A DNA stretch of 64,000 bases from Nymphaea colorata (taxonomy: Eukaryota): the NCBI RefSeq assembly GCF_008831285.2, contig NC_045138.2, positions 31,372,001 to 31,436,000 on the forward strand, read 5' to 3'. The translations under genes were made by a program, and so were the position numbers. The notes below the pieces were generated by a model, which worked only from the letters and a program-made list of their open reading frames with translations, was not told where the DNA came from and did not search any database. Below, one piece after another: positions 50,954 to 64,000 of this stretch (positions within the stretch are counted from its first letter, which is position 1; every line of letters begins with the position of its first letter).

Positions 50954-52778
50954 GCACTGATGATGCTCTTGCTTGTAGCAGAGAACGCGTGCAGTCTATC
51001 ACCTGTTGATCGAATCCTTAAAGTGTTGTATTCTAAGAAACGATAACTGGTGCATGGTGAGACCATGCTTCTTGTACATAATTGTATTCAACATGAGAAA
51101 ATTAAAATGGAGTTCATTTTGTTAAGACTACATAGATCAAAGTGTTACCACGTAAAGAGCCAATCCAAGTTATGTCTAATTCACTACATCATGGATCTAA
51201 ATGGACATTCCAATATTCTTGATTTGGTTTAGTCCGACCCATGATGATGTTTTTTGGCTGTAAATTTCAATAGTAGTGACTCAAATACGCTGCCTCCTTC
51301 ACCCCAGTAATGGCCTTAATTAATTTTATGTATCCAACAGAGGTAGATTACCCTTTTGAAATGCAGGATGATCGATCAACTCATAAGAAGAAATAAGTGA
51401 ATTCATGTCTCCAACCATCTTAACCTACGTTAATTTAATCCAAATAACAACAAAATGGTGTCTAAATCATCACAAACAATATAGAACCACATAGAACGCC
51501 ACTATATCGTAAGAAAGTGGGTTGTTTGTTATGTCTTTTTACCTGCGACGCCCATGATATGCGGCGCGCATAACACCCAATGTGCCGTCATGTCATAAAA
51601 GGTTTTACTAATAATCACTCAAATCCATGGTTTTATGTTTACAAATAGTGATTGACATTTGAAAAGTTAAAAATAACTGAATGACTTTATAAAATAATTA
51701 AAAAACACTTGCTTCATGAATAGAAAAACACTTTGTGAATTACTTTTTAAAGACAACCAATTATTTGTAAATTTTCAAATGCTAATAATTTGCTTATGAA
51801 TACATTAAAAGTGGAGTGGTTTCTTGTGAGTTTTTCAATTTGTAATTAGTTGCACGAAGGTTCAAAGCTATTTTAAGGATTGTTGGTTAAAGTAGTATCA
51901 AAGTAGCACTCATATGAATCAAACTGATAACCAAACTTTCATCAATTTGACCAACTACATCATACTTTTTAAAGGTGCAGGTAGTTTGAAACTCTTTAAC
52001 TCTAATTTAAACTCAAATTCAATTAATTGGACTCCTGTTTAAATCCAAACTTGCCTTTCAATCGCTTCAAATTTTAACAAATTTTAAAGGAAGTATAATT
52101 TTTTCTCCAAAGTAATGAATCTTGTACTTGCATTTGAAAATCTAATGCTACATTGTACATCCGAATCCGAAACTGAAAATTAGCCATTACTTGATTATTT
52201 GAGTGTTGAACTAACAAAATTGATCCGAACCCGATCCGTTTACATCTTGAGCAACGTGTCGGTGAGTCTAGCTCAGAGTCCTCTTCATGGACGGTCCACC
52301 CGCCACCCCTAGCTAGCTGGACATTCCATGCCCCTAACTCGACTCCGACCAGCTGTTGGTATTCATGTAATTTTTGTATAATTTGGAGGTATTTTACAAA
52401 ACTCTAGACCTCTCGGTCGCTTACAAAACAAACAAAATCATGCCTTCACACGAAAACCATTCAAAAAACAAATCCTTCTCAGGAAAGTGTGCACGTGTCC
52501 ATTTTTACAGATGGCTTAGTAAAACATTTGGGCTTGATCTTAAAATGTTACCCGCGGGTCCATTTGAACGACAGAGAACTGAACAGAAGAATTTGGAGAA
52601 GCCACATACAAAGGCCCGCTACTCTCCCCCTCTCTCCGCGCGTTTTTTTTTCTTCTTCTCTTCCTTCTTCGCCCATTTTTTCCTGCCGAATTTTTCCTCA
52701 CTTTCTTGGATCTCGCTCTTGCTTCTTCACTTGCTTCTTCGCTTGAATTCGTTTTCTCCTTCTCCGAAAGGAGCAACA

Positions 52779-55700
52779 ATGGTAGGATTTCTTCTAACTT
52801 CTTCTGATGCATCTCTTCACCTCCTTCTCTTTGTTTCCTGCGCAAGTTTCTTCGTTCTGTAAGGTCCTGCTACGCGCAGCCCTAGATCTGGTGCAAATCC
52901 GACCGCCTTCTCAAGGGGCGGTATGGAAGGCGAAATATTTTTTGAATTCGAGCTCCAGATCTTGGAAACGGGCTCACGTGGCGGGATTTTCGTTCGTGTG
53001 TGGAGGAATTTCCCCTGGTTTTTTTAACTTAATTGGAGATTCCGGTCGATCTGATCTGAAATTCTGGATTTTTATGGACGGACTTAATGTCGTTCGCAGT
53101 CTTCTTCTTTCGGTCGATCTGTTTTGGTTTATTCATTTGTGGATGGTTGAGTTCTGGATCGCACGAGGTACTAATCATTGAGTATGTTTTTCTCTTTTTG
53201 CATTTCGCTCTTCTGCACTTGGCAATGATCTGCATAGCCTCTGAGACTCGAAATTAAGGTACTCTCTCTCTCTCTCTCGCTCGCTCGCTCTCTGTGTGTG
53301 CGCGTGTGTGTGTGTGTCTGCGTGCGTGCGTGCGTGCGTGCAAATGTGTGCTCTGCATGCTTGCTTTTGCGCACATGCCAATGGTTGCAATTTTTTTTCT
53401 CGTGCTTACCAGTGTTAGTTTTTCTATTTAGCTAATGCTACTGACATGGCCTTAGTCATGAACTTTTGCAATTGCTATTGTCTTGCTTGTACTTGGGGTC
53501 TAATGAGTGGTTTCCTTTCATTTTAACAGAGAAAACTTGCTCAAAGATCTGAGCGAGTAAAATCAGTGGATCTACATCCAACAGAGCCATGGTAATTCCT
53601 GTTCTCTTTTCACGGAAGATCTCATGCATCTATCTTCCTGTTGCTATTATTGGTTTTTCTTGACTTTCTAGGATCAGTGCATGAACTCACAAAAGTAGGA
53701 GTTGTACTTGTCTGATCTAGCTTGACCTATGGGAGTTTAGACTAGATGTGTTGTGTGTTTATCCTATATTTAAAAGTGAAAGTGTTAATTCACCACAAAA
53801 AAAGTTACTAAATTCTTTAAATGCACTTGAGGTTTGAAGTAACTTACTCAGATTCACATGTACAAGACTGAGCCATAAGCTAGCTCAATGAATACTCCAG
53901 CTGCAATAATTAAGTATCATTTTGCAAACTAAAACATCTCCAAGGAGATGCAGTATCTCTGTGATTGTATTGCAAGCACTGCTTGAACTGGATTCAGAGT
54001 CTCAGACAATTAACTTGATTCCGATAATCAAGGTTTTTTCTACCATAAGGTTGGCTGCAAGGTTGAAGGAATGTTTTATCGTTACTTCTTGGTATATCTG
54101 TAAGGGTATATACTATATACAATATACTTCTATGATTTCAAATGTTTTTTCTAGTTTTACCTCTTCATGGGCCTTTCTCTGTTCGATAGGATGTGCTTAT
54201 TGAAGGAAGGAAAATGTCTTGCCTAAAAGGAGCTTCATAGAAGCTTTTATTGTGAATTATCTTCAGTCTATTTTTCTAAGAAAGAAGAAAATAGTAGTGA
54301 CACTTCAAGTGTGACATATTTCTTTTCACATAAAATGTTTGTATACTTCCTATCTACCTTCTGATCATCTTTTCATGTTTGGCCGAAAATATGTGTTATT
54401 TGGTTCATAGTTCATGCAAACTTTTGTTCTTGCAGGATTTTGACAAGTCTATATTCAGGAAGTGTCTGTATTTGGAACTACCAATCACAGGCAAGTTAAT
54501 ATGCACTGTTATATTCTGCTTTATTTTGTGTTGGCTTTTTAATATTTGCATTCTTCCTTGTAGTTATGGTGGAATGAGACAAGGCTGCTCTATGTGTTCT
54601 GTTTTTCCTTAGACCGATTATCAAACAGAAAAGGAAAAGGGCAATCGTTGTTGTCTAACTTCAGACAAAATAGAAATAGTGCGAGTACCAAATATAGTTT
54701 TTCAGAAACACTACTGTCAGATCTTTTCCATTTCACTGTATTGTATGTTGTCCTCAGCAGCTTCCAGTTCTGACTTCTTAAATGTCTTATTGTTCCTTTC
54801 TTTCTAAAGAACCACCAAACAAGCAGAAGTTAATGCCTTCATGTGAAAAACTGCAGTATCTTCTTTACCTTCTTTGTTAGAGGCGCAGCCATGCAAGAGG
54901 AGAATTTTTACATGTTAGGCTTTGACGATGTTAATCTACAAACTAAGCCTTTTGCCGTAGAATGAGGAAGTCAGGAACTTTCATTACCAAATGTATGTCG
55001 ATTATTTGTCATGCTTTGGCATGGAACAAACAGCAGTACATAGATAACGGAACACTGTCTTTCTTAACCCTTTTTGCTTTGGTTTTGGAGGGAGGGAGAA
55101 ATACCAAGTCCTCATAAACTGTTGCTTCAGGAGGGTTAGACTGCCTGTGACGAGTGATGTGTTGGGGTTTGTAAATGGTTAACAAAAAGATGCCACTTGG
55201 AAGGAGCTTTCTTTTGACTCCATGAGGTTTTATCAGGTTTTTGTTTGGGTCATTTGATATGGTTTAAGGGCTTGTAATCTCTATCTGATGTTCAAGGTTT
55301 TTTGATGTTTTGCCTGAAAAAAATCATACAGCCTTAACCAAACATCTAAGGAATTTGGCCAGGTCAAACAGTTAGGAGATCTTGTACCAATCTTTGCTAC
55401 TTTACCACTTAGCTCGAAGAGTTTTAAGTCAGTCCTGCAGCTTTTGGTGGCTCAGCTTGATCTTCTAGATCTCCACATGCAAATATTCAGTCAGCCAAGA
55501 GATCCAACCTTTCCATGGAGTCATCATTGTCAACTCCACCATATCATCCTCATCTATGTTGAAAGAACCAATTTCTTCCACAATATGTCTTTTATATCTC
55601 TTCCCTTCTTTGAAGATTTCCTAACTTTTGTGAATTTTCTTTCTTACCGAATCTTCTACTTTGTCACATGGCTCTGCATCTCCTTTCATACCAGCAAGAT

Positions 55701-58700
55701 GGTATTTAAGTCTATTGATACTACCACTCATTGGTTTGCTGCAAGAAATATATTGAACTCTTTTTTTTTTGCTTATCAAGTGTAAGAGCATACTCCGTGC
55801 AGGATTCCTTTCCACCTACAAATGTTAGTGTCGCTGAAGGTCCTTCTTGTGATGTTCTTGAATCTTGATTGATATTTGATAGATACTCTATATTTGAAAC
55901 AAAAGAACGACCAAGTAAAAATAAATTTGTCCCTTCTGGCTTTTAGACCAATCCATGGTTAAGTGGTCACTTTCCAAATGACCACACCCATTGCCTGTCC
56001 TATATATTGGAAATATTTATTCTCATGCCTATTTTCACCAACAAGGGGGATTTCTATTGTTTGTCTCCTTATAATCTTGGCCTAAATAGTTTCTTATGTT
56101 AAATGATTTCATTAATTGAATTGCTGAATTTGCTATCTGGACTCAGAAATCCACGATCTTTGCTACCCCCCTGCAACAGGATATTTGATTTTCACTTGAT
56201 CCTGCTGGCATTTTCTATGAACAGCTTGTACTACGTATGTAATAAATCTCATGGAATTTATGTTGGTTGTGGAATTGTTTGATAGTTAGGCTTATGCTAT
56301 TTGTATAGCCTGGTTTAACATTTTAGGATTTTGCTAGTGTTCTAGCAAATTTAGTTTGCTAGTCTTAACTTGGCATAATTTACACTTGTGCTAGTTGTTG
56401 TAGCCTAATTCTGACACAATCTACAACCATATTGTTATTCATGGTGGTTTTGCTTACAATTCATTCACTGGTAAGCATTCCCTTTCCATTGCAAAATGAA
56501 GACCTCTTACTTTTTAAGTGAAGTTCCTCTTATTTCTCCAAAACGAGTGAATAAGGTGGAAAGACTTTATGGCGTTACCTTCCTGCATCTCTTCTGCAGT
56601 AAATTTTATTGCTTTTATATCTGTGTTTTCAGGGTGTGCATGCCTATAAATATTTTGCAACACTCATAATTTGCTCAAGAGAGTATTCTGGGTACCTTTT
56701 TTAGATGACAATTGGTCTCACCTGCCTCATGCTGAAGATCAGTATCTGCTTTTGATTATTTTGTACATGGGTGCTGCTAACATTAATAGCTTTTCAAGAT
56801 ACTATTTCAAAATTTTCCATTTATTTGTGGAAGCAGCTTTTCCTGATCTATTATTACTTCTACTATCAGTGCATGATGTAGGCCAGAGTTTTAGTATATA
56901 ACTGATTTTGACAATGTTAATGCAGACTATGGTGAAGTCATTTGAGGTTACAGAACTTCCTGGTACTTTGTCGAATTCATTTTTGTTTCTTTCTCCTATT
57001 AATGCCTGATTCTTAAGGATGGCTACCAAGGACATCATGTTCACTTTTCTTGCAGTGCGATCTTCCAAGTTCATAGCCCGGAAGCAATGGATTGTGGCTG
57101 GTGCAGATGATATGATTATTCGTGTTTATAACTATAATACCATGGACAAAGTGAAAGTATTCGAAGCACATACTGATTACATAAGGTGTGTTGCTGTGCA
57201 TCCAACATTGCCATATGTCTTGTCATCATCTGATGACATGCTTATCAAGCTTTGGGATTGGGAAAAAGGTTGGATATGTACTCAAATTTTTGAAGGCCAT
57301 TCACACTATGTCATGCAAGTAACATTTAATCCAAAGGACACAAACACTTTTGCAAGTGCCTCTCTCGATCGAACAATCAAGGTTTTTACATATTTTTTGT
57401 ATGCATTGGGATTCCAAATATCTGTCTGTTTGACTGCTAGAGTTTCTTGTTTATTTCTCAGACATAACCAGAATTCAATTGCAGATATGGAACCTTGGTT
57501 CTCCAGATCCAAATTTTACATTGGATGCTCACATGAAGGGCGTAAACTGTGTTGACTACTTCACCGGAGGTGACAGACCTTATTTAATTACAGGATCTGA
57601 TGATCATACAGCTAAGGCATGCTTCCCAAGACACTCATTCTTGAGTATTTTCCTTTCTATACTTGTATTTATTTCAGGTGTTATTTTCTTCTAATTTTTG
57701 TGGAACAGGTGTGGGATTATCAGACTAAAAGCTGTGTACAAACCCTAGAAGGTCATACTCACAATGTTTCAGCTGTTTGTTTTCATCCGGAGCTACCCAT
57801 AATCCTCACCGGATCTGAGGATGGAACTGTCCGCATATGGCATGCAACCACTTACAGGTTGATTAAAGACTTGTTTGTATCGTTATCTTGATTCTTGATG
57901 CCTAGTAGAATGGTATATCTATGTGCTAGATGGGTTATTCTTTACTGCAATTGGAGGATCAGCTATTAGATTTCTTTGTGCCTACAGAACTGCATCCAAT
58001 ATCCTTTTTTTTTGTTTTAGAACAGGCATCACATGTTAATTCGTCGTTTTTTTAGTTACAGTTGTAAATCACACTTCAACACTCTAAAATCAAATAATCA
58101 ACTTGAATATTGTAAACTGCCAAACTCACCCTAACTGATCATAGATCATTTAGAATATAGATGGATTTTCAGCAGTTCAGTAGTTATGGGCAGTTCTTCC
58201 TTCCCCACTGCCAATAAACTTTTTAACTTCTGCTTCTTTAGTTTGACCTACTAGGCTACTATACTCGTTGCACCTAGGTAAGCTTCATCATGATTGAACT
58301 AGTAGTGCAGTCCCTGTCTAGTTGCTTTTACTTGTGTCATTTTAGCTTGATCTATCACACTCTTTGTCATTTTAGCTTGATCTATCATACTCTTTGTGTC
58401 TAGGTAGGCTGTAGGCTTCATTCTCATCAAATTAGTTTTACAGTCCCCAAGCTCCATGCTCCAACAGATGGCCAGAAATTCCATTTTAATATTGTTACTC
58501 TTTGCACTGGGATTCAGATATGACAGTGTTTAACATGTTCATGTAGTGTAGCCGTGCAGGCAAATGGGTACCGTATACACAAGCACACATACAGTCATAC
58601 AGAGACACCATCCCCGCCCCTATCCAACATCATCATCTGGTTGCTTTCTCTTTGCTTTTTATATCAACTTGAATAATCTTGAGTCCAGTGGAAAAGTTAA

Positions 58701-61700
58701 AACTTAAAACTTTCCACTTGATAGTTCATTGTATGAAATTGATTATAAGTTTTTTTGATAATTTCAGCTTTTCCCTTCATTTCATGCATTGTATATATGC
58801 TTAAGTTTAGTTCCAGTAGACAGCTTTTTTTTTTTTTTTGAAGAAAAACGTTGTTTCTCTGTGTAACCATTCATGTTAGTTGTTGGTTTGATGCTTCATA
58901 ATCTTGTAATCTGTCCTTACCTACCTGAGTTACTTGTCTACATGCTTCATTGCTCTTTGAAGTTTTGAACCTTTATTGTCCCTATGGGCCACTGGGAATT
59001 AAAATATCAAAAACGTTTAAGAGTTTATGGCAGAAGGTGAAGGAAGAGGTCTTGCAGTAAAGATCATGTGGTTTATGTTTTGAGTTGTTTTTGGCAGTTC
59101 CTAATAACTTTAAGATTGCCAGGACACTTGAAATTGGTAGCTGGTACATCGATGATCTGACATTCGTGTTTGGTTTTCAGGCTAGAGAACACTTTAAATT
59201 ATGGCCTTGAGCGAGTCTGGGCTGTTGGGTATATGAAGGGATCTAATCGGTGAGTGTTTTCTTCTTACAGTTATTAAGGCCCAGCAAGTAGCATGTACAT
59301 CCTCTTTCAAGAATGACCCATTGTTGTTATTAGGTTGCACATACATAAACTTACCATGGTTTTTAATTCCTTTACATTTTTTAGAAAATTTTTTGCTGCC
59401 TGCAACAGACCAGTTTGAACCTTCATCTGTGTGTGGGACTGTTTTGCACTTCATTTGTGACAGGGTTGTAATTGGATACGATGAAGGCACAATTATGATA
59501 AAAATTGGCCGTGAAGAGCCAGTTGCTAGCATGGACAGCAGTGGAAAAATTATCTGGGCTAAGCATAATGAAATTCAGACCGTGAACATTAGATCTGTTG
59601 GAGCAGATTATGAGGTTAAACTTCTTCCAGAATTTGCATTTGCTCGTTGAATGACATGGCAAGTTTCAAAAGCAGATTTTTAATTTATTATTGGCTTGCT
59701 AATCGGGTGGCATTTTCTTATCAGGTCACAGATGGGGAACGGTTGCCTTTGGCTGTTAAAGAGTTGGGAAGTTGCGATCTATATCCTCAGGTAAATATTT
59801 GCTTTGGCAAGGTGGGATTGATCTTGATGTACAATTTTTGTCTTCGATTGATGGTGGATTTTAATTTGTTTTCTCTTTTTTATAGAGCAGGGACTGGGTA
59901 CTTACAATTTCATGTAGCTGTCTGAACTCGTCGTTGTTTTATTTTTCTTTTTTTCCTTTTGCTTCTAGTCAGAAAGTATTTGTTTTGATGTCTTTGGGAG
60001 TGAACACGTTTGCTGTATTAAATGCTACCGTTGGCATCACCTGTCTACCCCGAACCGTTGCAGAAGTCACTCTGAAACTAATCAATTCTCTATTCATGCT
60101 TTGTGAGCATCATCTGATATTCACATTGATTGTTTTGTCAATTCATTTCCTGGGGTTTTTTTTTGTTAAGTTTCTCGGTTTTATTGCATATTACTTCAAA
60201 TTTAAGAGTATATTTTTTTTGGTTTTGTTGTATTCTTAGTTTGTCCAAGTTTTAGCTTCTTGCACATTTGTTGGATACCTGGATTTGAGTTGGATTATGA
60301 CTAATCTGTTGTTACCATGTGTTTTTCCTTCAGAGTCTAAAACACAATCCTAATGGGAGGTTTGTTGTGGTCTGTGGAGATGGGGAGTACATAATCTACA
60401 CAGCTCTTGCATGGAGAAACAGATCCTTTGGCTCAGCTCTGGAATTTGTTTGGTCATCTGAAGGGGAATATGCTGTTAGAGAGAGCACATCTAGAATAAA
60501 GATATTTAACAAAAATTTTCAGGTTTGTGCCGTCTGTTGATTATCCTTGTTTGTTTTACTGAAAGTGTAAGGTTGCCTAGATCATCTGTTGTACATTCTA
60601 TCTCCTTTATGGAATGTCATCTGCAAGTGTCGAGTTGATTTAAACTGTTATTCATATTTCTTGTTCAGCTGCCTTCAGTCACTATCTTCGCTGATAATCA
60701 TGATAAATGGAGAAAATAATATGATTGTTTTTGGCAAGCATATGCTGCTTATGTAGTGCAGCTAAGGAACTTCTGAATTGTCTTTTCTTGTTTTGAAAGA
60801 ACCTTCTGGAATTGCACCAACTCACCAGCGGAAACAGGTATATCATTGGAGTATAGGTGAATATTTGAAAAAAATTTCCTGGCACCTTGGGTCAAATTTA
60901 AAAGACAGGTGGTTGCTCATTTGGAAGAGGCTACACTTGCTATGGTGATCACTTGAACAGAGATCTTGTAGGTCGCTGGTATAAGCTTGGACAGAACAGA
61001 GGGTGGAATCAAAATCTGATAAGTTGGCTTATGGTTCAGAGAAATATGGGCAGATCCCCATTAAATGGGTGTGACCAGTTTGGCCCGTAGTCACAAATAT
61101 TGCTCTTGTAAAATTTTTGGGATGTTTTTCTCAGAAGTTTTTATCTTTTTTCTTGGGAAAACTTCAGGAAATAAAAGAAAAATAAAAAATACATAAACAG
61201 AAAAATTATGATTTATAAACCAATAACTTTCTCTAAGTTTCTGACAAAATATTAGCAAGCACTTATAATAGTCCTTGAGGTGTAAAAAAAAAGGAAAATA
61301 TGCACTTAAGTACATATAGATAAATTATCTTTTTTGAGGGACAAATTATCTTGTGAACTTGTGGTACTCATCACTTGGTGATATGTTGAATTTATTCTGA
61401 CATTTTCCTCATAGTATTGTTTTCCCTCTTGCTGATAAAATAATAAAATCACAATATTTTCAAAGTATCTTTGCTGTTTGGGTATAGTTTGGACTATTTC
61501 TGTCCGTCTGGTGCATGACACAGTAAATAGGATCTGTTAGATTCTAAATCCCACCAGTCTGATACTAATAGAAAGATAGAGGAATTTCAGAAAATAGCAG
61601 GCTATAATTTAAATAATTGAAAGTAAAATGCAAAAGCAAAGTAATAGAAACTGAATTTTATGAAGCCAAAATTCAACAAACAACTCCTAGAAATGGCTCT

Positions 61701-63757
61701 AAGACTCTTTAAATAGAGGAATAAAGTGGATCAATCTGTCTGGGTCTAGTTGTATGAACTTGGATCTACCTGAATCCAGATGTTCATATCTGGATACCTG
61801 TGCATGGATCTTTAGGTTCTGAATTAGATCTAGGGTCCAAAATGAAACAAAATAACAATAGATAATCTCTAATCGACAGTCTGAAACTCAAGAATCTTCT
61901 GCGTAGTCACTTCTGGTCCAATTCAAGTCTTGTCTGAGTCCTCTCCTGCGTTAGTGTGTCTAATTTTGCGTTAGAAAATGGCCTGGTCAGCTTTGAGCTA
62001 AAGTGATTGAGGCCAAGACTAGGCATACTGAGAAGCACAGCTGTAGAGGAAGAGGAATGAAGAGAAGTTGAACTGTTGAAAAAGAAGAGAAAAGGAGGAT
62101 GAAGAAGAAAGAAAGGCAGGAAGGAAGAACACCAAAATAGCCATACTCAAACGGTTTTTTTTCTTGGGTGGTGCTTTTTTTTTTGGGCTTTTTTTTTTTT
62201 TCGGGGGGGTGTTGGCTAGCATAGTTGGGAGAATTTGGCCATGGACTGTTCATATTGATTCACACCTGAATGTCCGTTTACCTAATTTGGGCCACACCTG
62301 CACATGTTAATGTTGGTTCTTCTTTCTTGAGGAGCACTCGTATTATGTAGCTGTTCAAGAATTCAAGTCTAGTTTTCCTGTATCTTATATTTGTGTTGTT
62401 CTAGTTTGTTATGTTTATTTCTATAATGGTATTTACATCTGCAGAGTGACACTATTAGGCATCTCTTTTTCTTTAACATGCTTGTAAGTTGTAAATGATA
62501 GTTTTCTGAGTTTTGTGTATGTCCCTTCTCATCTGTGCATTTATGTTGGCTATAGTGATGTTGATCATTTTATACTATGGCCTAAATTGTTAATAATATG
62601 CATTTCAGGTTTCTTCTATTCATCTTATTGTTAAACATTTATAACTGAACTTCCAGAATTGGAAATAATTCATTTTTCAGGAGAAGAAAAGTATTAGACC
62701 AACATTTTCCGCAGAGCGCATATTTGGTGGAACTTTACTGGCGATTTGCTCAAATGACTTCATTTGTTTCTATGATTGGCAAGAATGCAGACTCATTCGC
62801 CGAATAGATGTTGTTGTCAAAGTATGCAAATTCTTTTTCTTGATCAATCTATGGATTATGGGCTATCTCTGAAATAGAAGGAAGAAGAGTTTGATTGATA
62901 GTAGCTTTCTGATTTTTCATTTGTATCGTGTAACAGAACTTGTATTGGGCAGATAGTGGCGACCTACTTTCAATTGCAAGTGATACATCATTTTATATTC
63001 TGAAATATAATGTAAGTTACTGGAACCTGTGCTATCCTATTTATACTCTACTGCTGCTTTCCTTTACATGCCACTTTTTCTGCTTACTTTTTCACTCCAA
63101 AAGGCTTGTTAGGTAGCTTCACGTTGGAATGAAACCTGTGCTATGCTATTTATACTATGAATTCAACTGTCGGTTGAGATCTACTTTCTTCTAAATTGGC
63201 AGAGAGATATAGTATCATTGCATCTAGATAGCGGGAAATCAACAGATGAGCAGGGTGTTGAAGAAGCATTTGAGGTTCTCCATGAGATGAATGAGCGTGT
63301 ACGCACAGGAATCTGGGTTGGTGATTGTTTCATCTACAACAACTCTTCTTGGCGGTTGAACTATTGTGTTGGTGGTGAGGTATGTGATTTCTTTTAATTT
63401 TCATGTTATGAAACCTTGAAGCATAGACACCTTTCAGCAATAATGATGGCATCGACTTCTTTAACTACTTTAGGTGACCACCATGTTTCATTTGGATCGG
63501 CCAATGTACCTGCTTGGTTATCTTGCAAGTCAGAGCCGTGTTTATCTCATAGACAAAGAGTTCAAGTAAGGTCGCTTAACAGTTCATTCTTGATCATAGT
63601 AATGCTTGGATATTCAAACTATGGACTCCTCCCTTTGCAGCGTTATGGGATATACTCTGCTTCTCAGTTTGATTGAGTATAAAACTCTTGTAATGCGTGG
63701 AGACCTGGAACGTGCAAATGAAGTCTTACCGTCAATTCCAAAGGAGCATCTCAATAG
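52779..63757 (+). CDS. COPB2: Coatomer subunit beta-prime (COPI, WD40 repeats); 5' part only, continues beyond the window
   Basis: Exons: 52779-52781 (ATG only), 53238-53258, 53530-53591, 54436-54490 (GC donor), 56926-56962, 57056-57381, 57485-57616 (GC donor), 57709-57857, 59181-59249, 59464-59614, 59725-59790, 60334-60522, 62681-62821, 62937-63011, 63203-63379, 63474-63565, 63641-63757. The spliced translation [78 protein letters not shown]...[22 protein letters not shown] is the canonical plant beta'-COP. Confidence 0.96.
55450..55870 (-). mobile_element. Degenerate hAT-superfamily transposase N-terminal fragment (BED zinc finger) in COPB2 intron 4
   Basis: ORF 55621-55815 reads [45 protein letters not shown], matching the plant hAT BED-finger pattern CxxC...GGIxRLKxHLAG..GDV..C..V with the first Cys lost. 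Boundaries are approximate. Confidence 0.75.
61558..61953 (-). mobile_element. Possible LTR remnant with an adjacent degenerate tRNA-Met primer-binding site in COPB2 intron 12
   Basis: gtctgatacta resembles the reverse complement of TGGTATCAGAG and is followed by LTR-like sequence (tttaaatagag; end cctgcgtta). No TSD was found. Confidence 0.3.
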
Positions 63758-64000
63758 GTACTTCTATAGTGTATAACTCAAGTTTATATGGTTATGCATG
63801 TGCATATTTTGATTGCTCTTCATGTTTGGCTTAGTTATATGGATTCTTTTTCCAATTTGAGATATTTTAAGGTGAAAGTGAACCTGGTCATCTTCAGTTA
63901 ACAGAAAAGTAGGGATGTGGGGGAGCATGTTAGAAGAATAAATGTTATGCACTCGAATTCACATTCTTGTGAAATTACCTATGTGATGTTCTTTTAGAGT

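Noticed and set aside
52374..53390. Several ORFs of 67-162 aa at the COPB2 5' end
   Set aside because: They span the CT-rich leader, intron 1 and SSRs, are low complexity and show no domain.
54880..55300. Possible second LINE 3' remnant in COPB2 intron 4
   Set aside because: Only faint motif resemblance, too degenerate to support.

Overview
This is AT-rich flowering-plant nuclear DNA with spliceosomal introns, many MITEs and (TA)n microsatellites. Four protein genes can be reconstructed by hand. (1) An intact 13-exon group-3 sulfate transporter, SULTR3;4-like (minus, 3410-9966, 666 aa). (2) An intronless plastid membrane protein resembling DAC, a cytochrome b6f accumulation factor (minus, 33759-34394). 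(3) A second, divergently oriented 12-exon group-3 sulfate transporter, SULTR3;5-like (plus, 42189-50953), with a 1-bp deletion in a C-run in exon 1 and a GC-AG intron. (4) The first 17 exons of coatomer beta-prime (plus, 52779 to past the window end), with an ATG-only first coding exon, a 21-nt micro-exon and two GC donors. The most unusual structure is a decayed tandem duplicate (about 22.1-26.0 kb) of the SULTR3;4 5' region. It holds an orphan exon 2 with both splice sites intact, scrambled and inverted intron sequence anchored at a palindromic (ATGC)n tract, and about 1 kb of upstream sequence with exon-like units kept in both copies that may be an unannotated small gene or upstream exons. 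The rest is hAT-type and Tourist-type MITEs, a hAT BED-finger remnant, a degenerate LINE fragment and local tandem repeats. I did not find a clearly new biological system. All alignments were done by eye, and subgroup and gene names come from recalled family sequences, not from a search.
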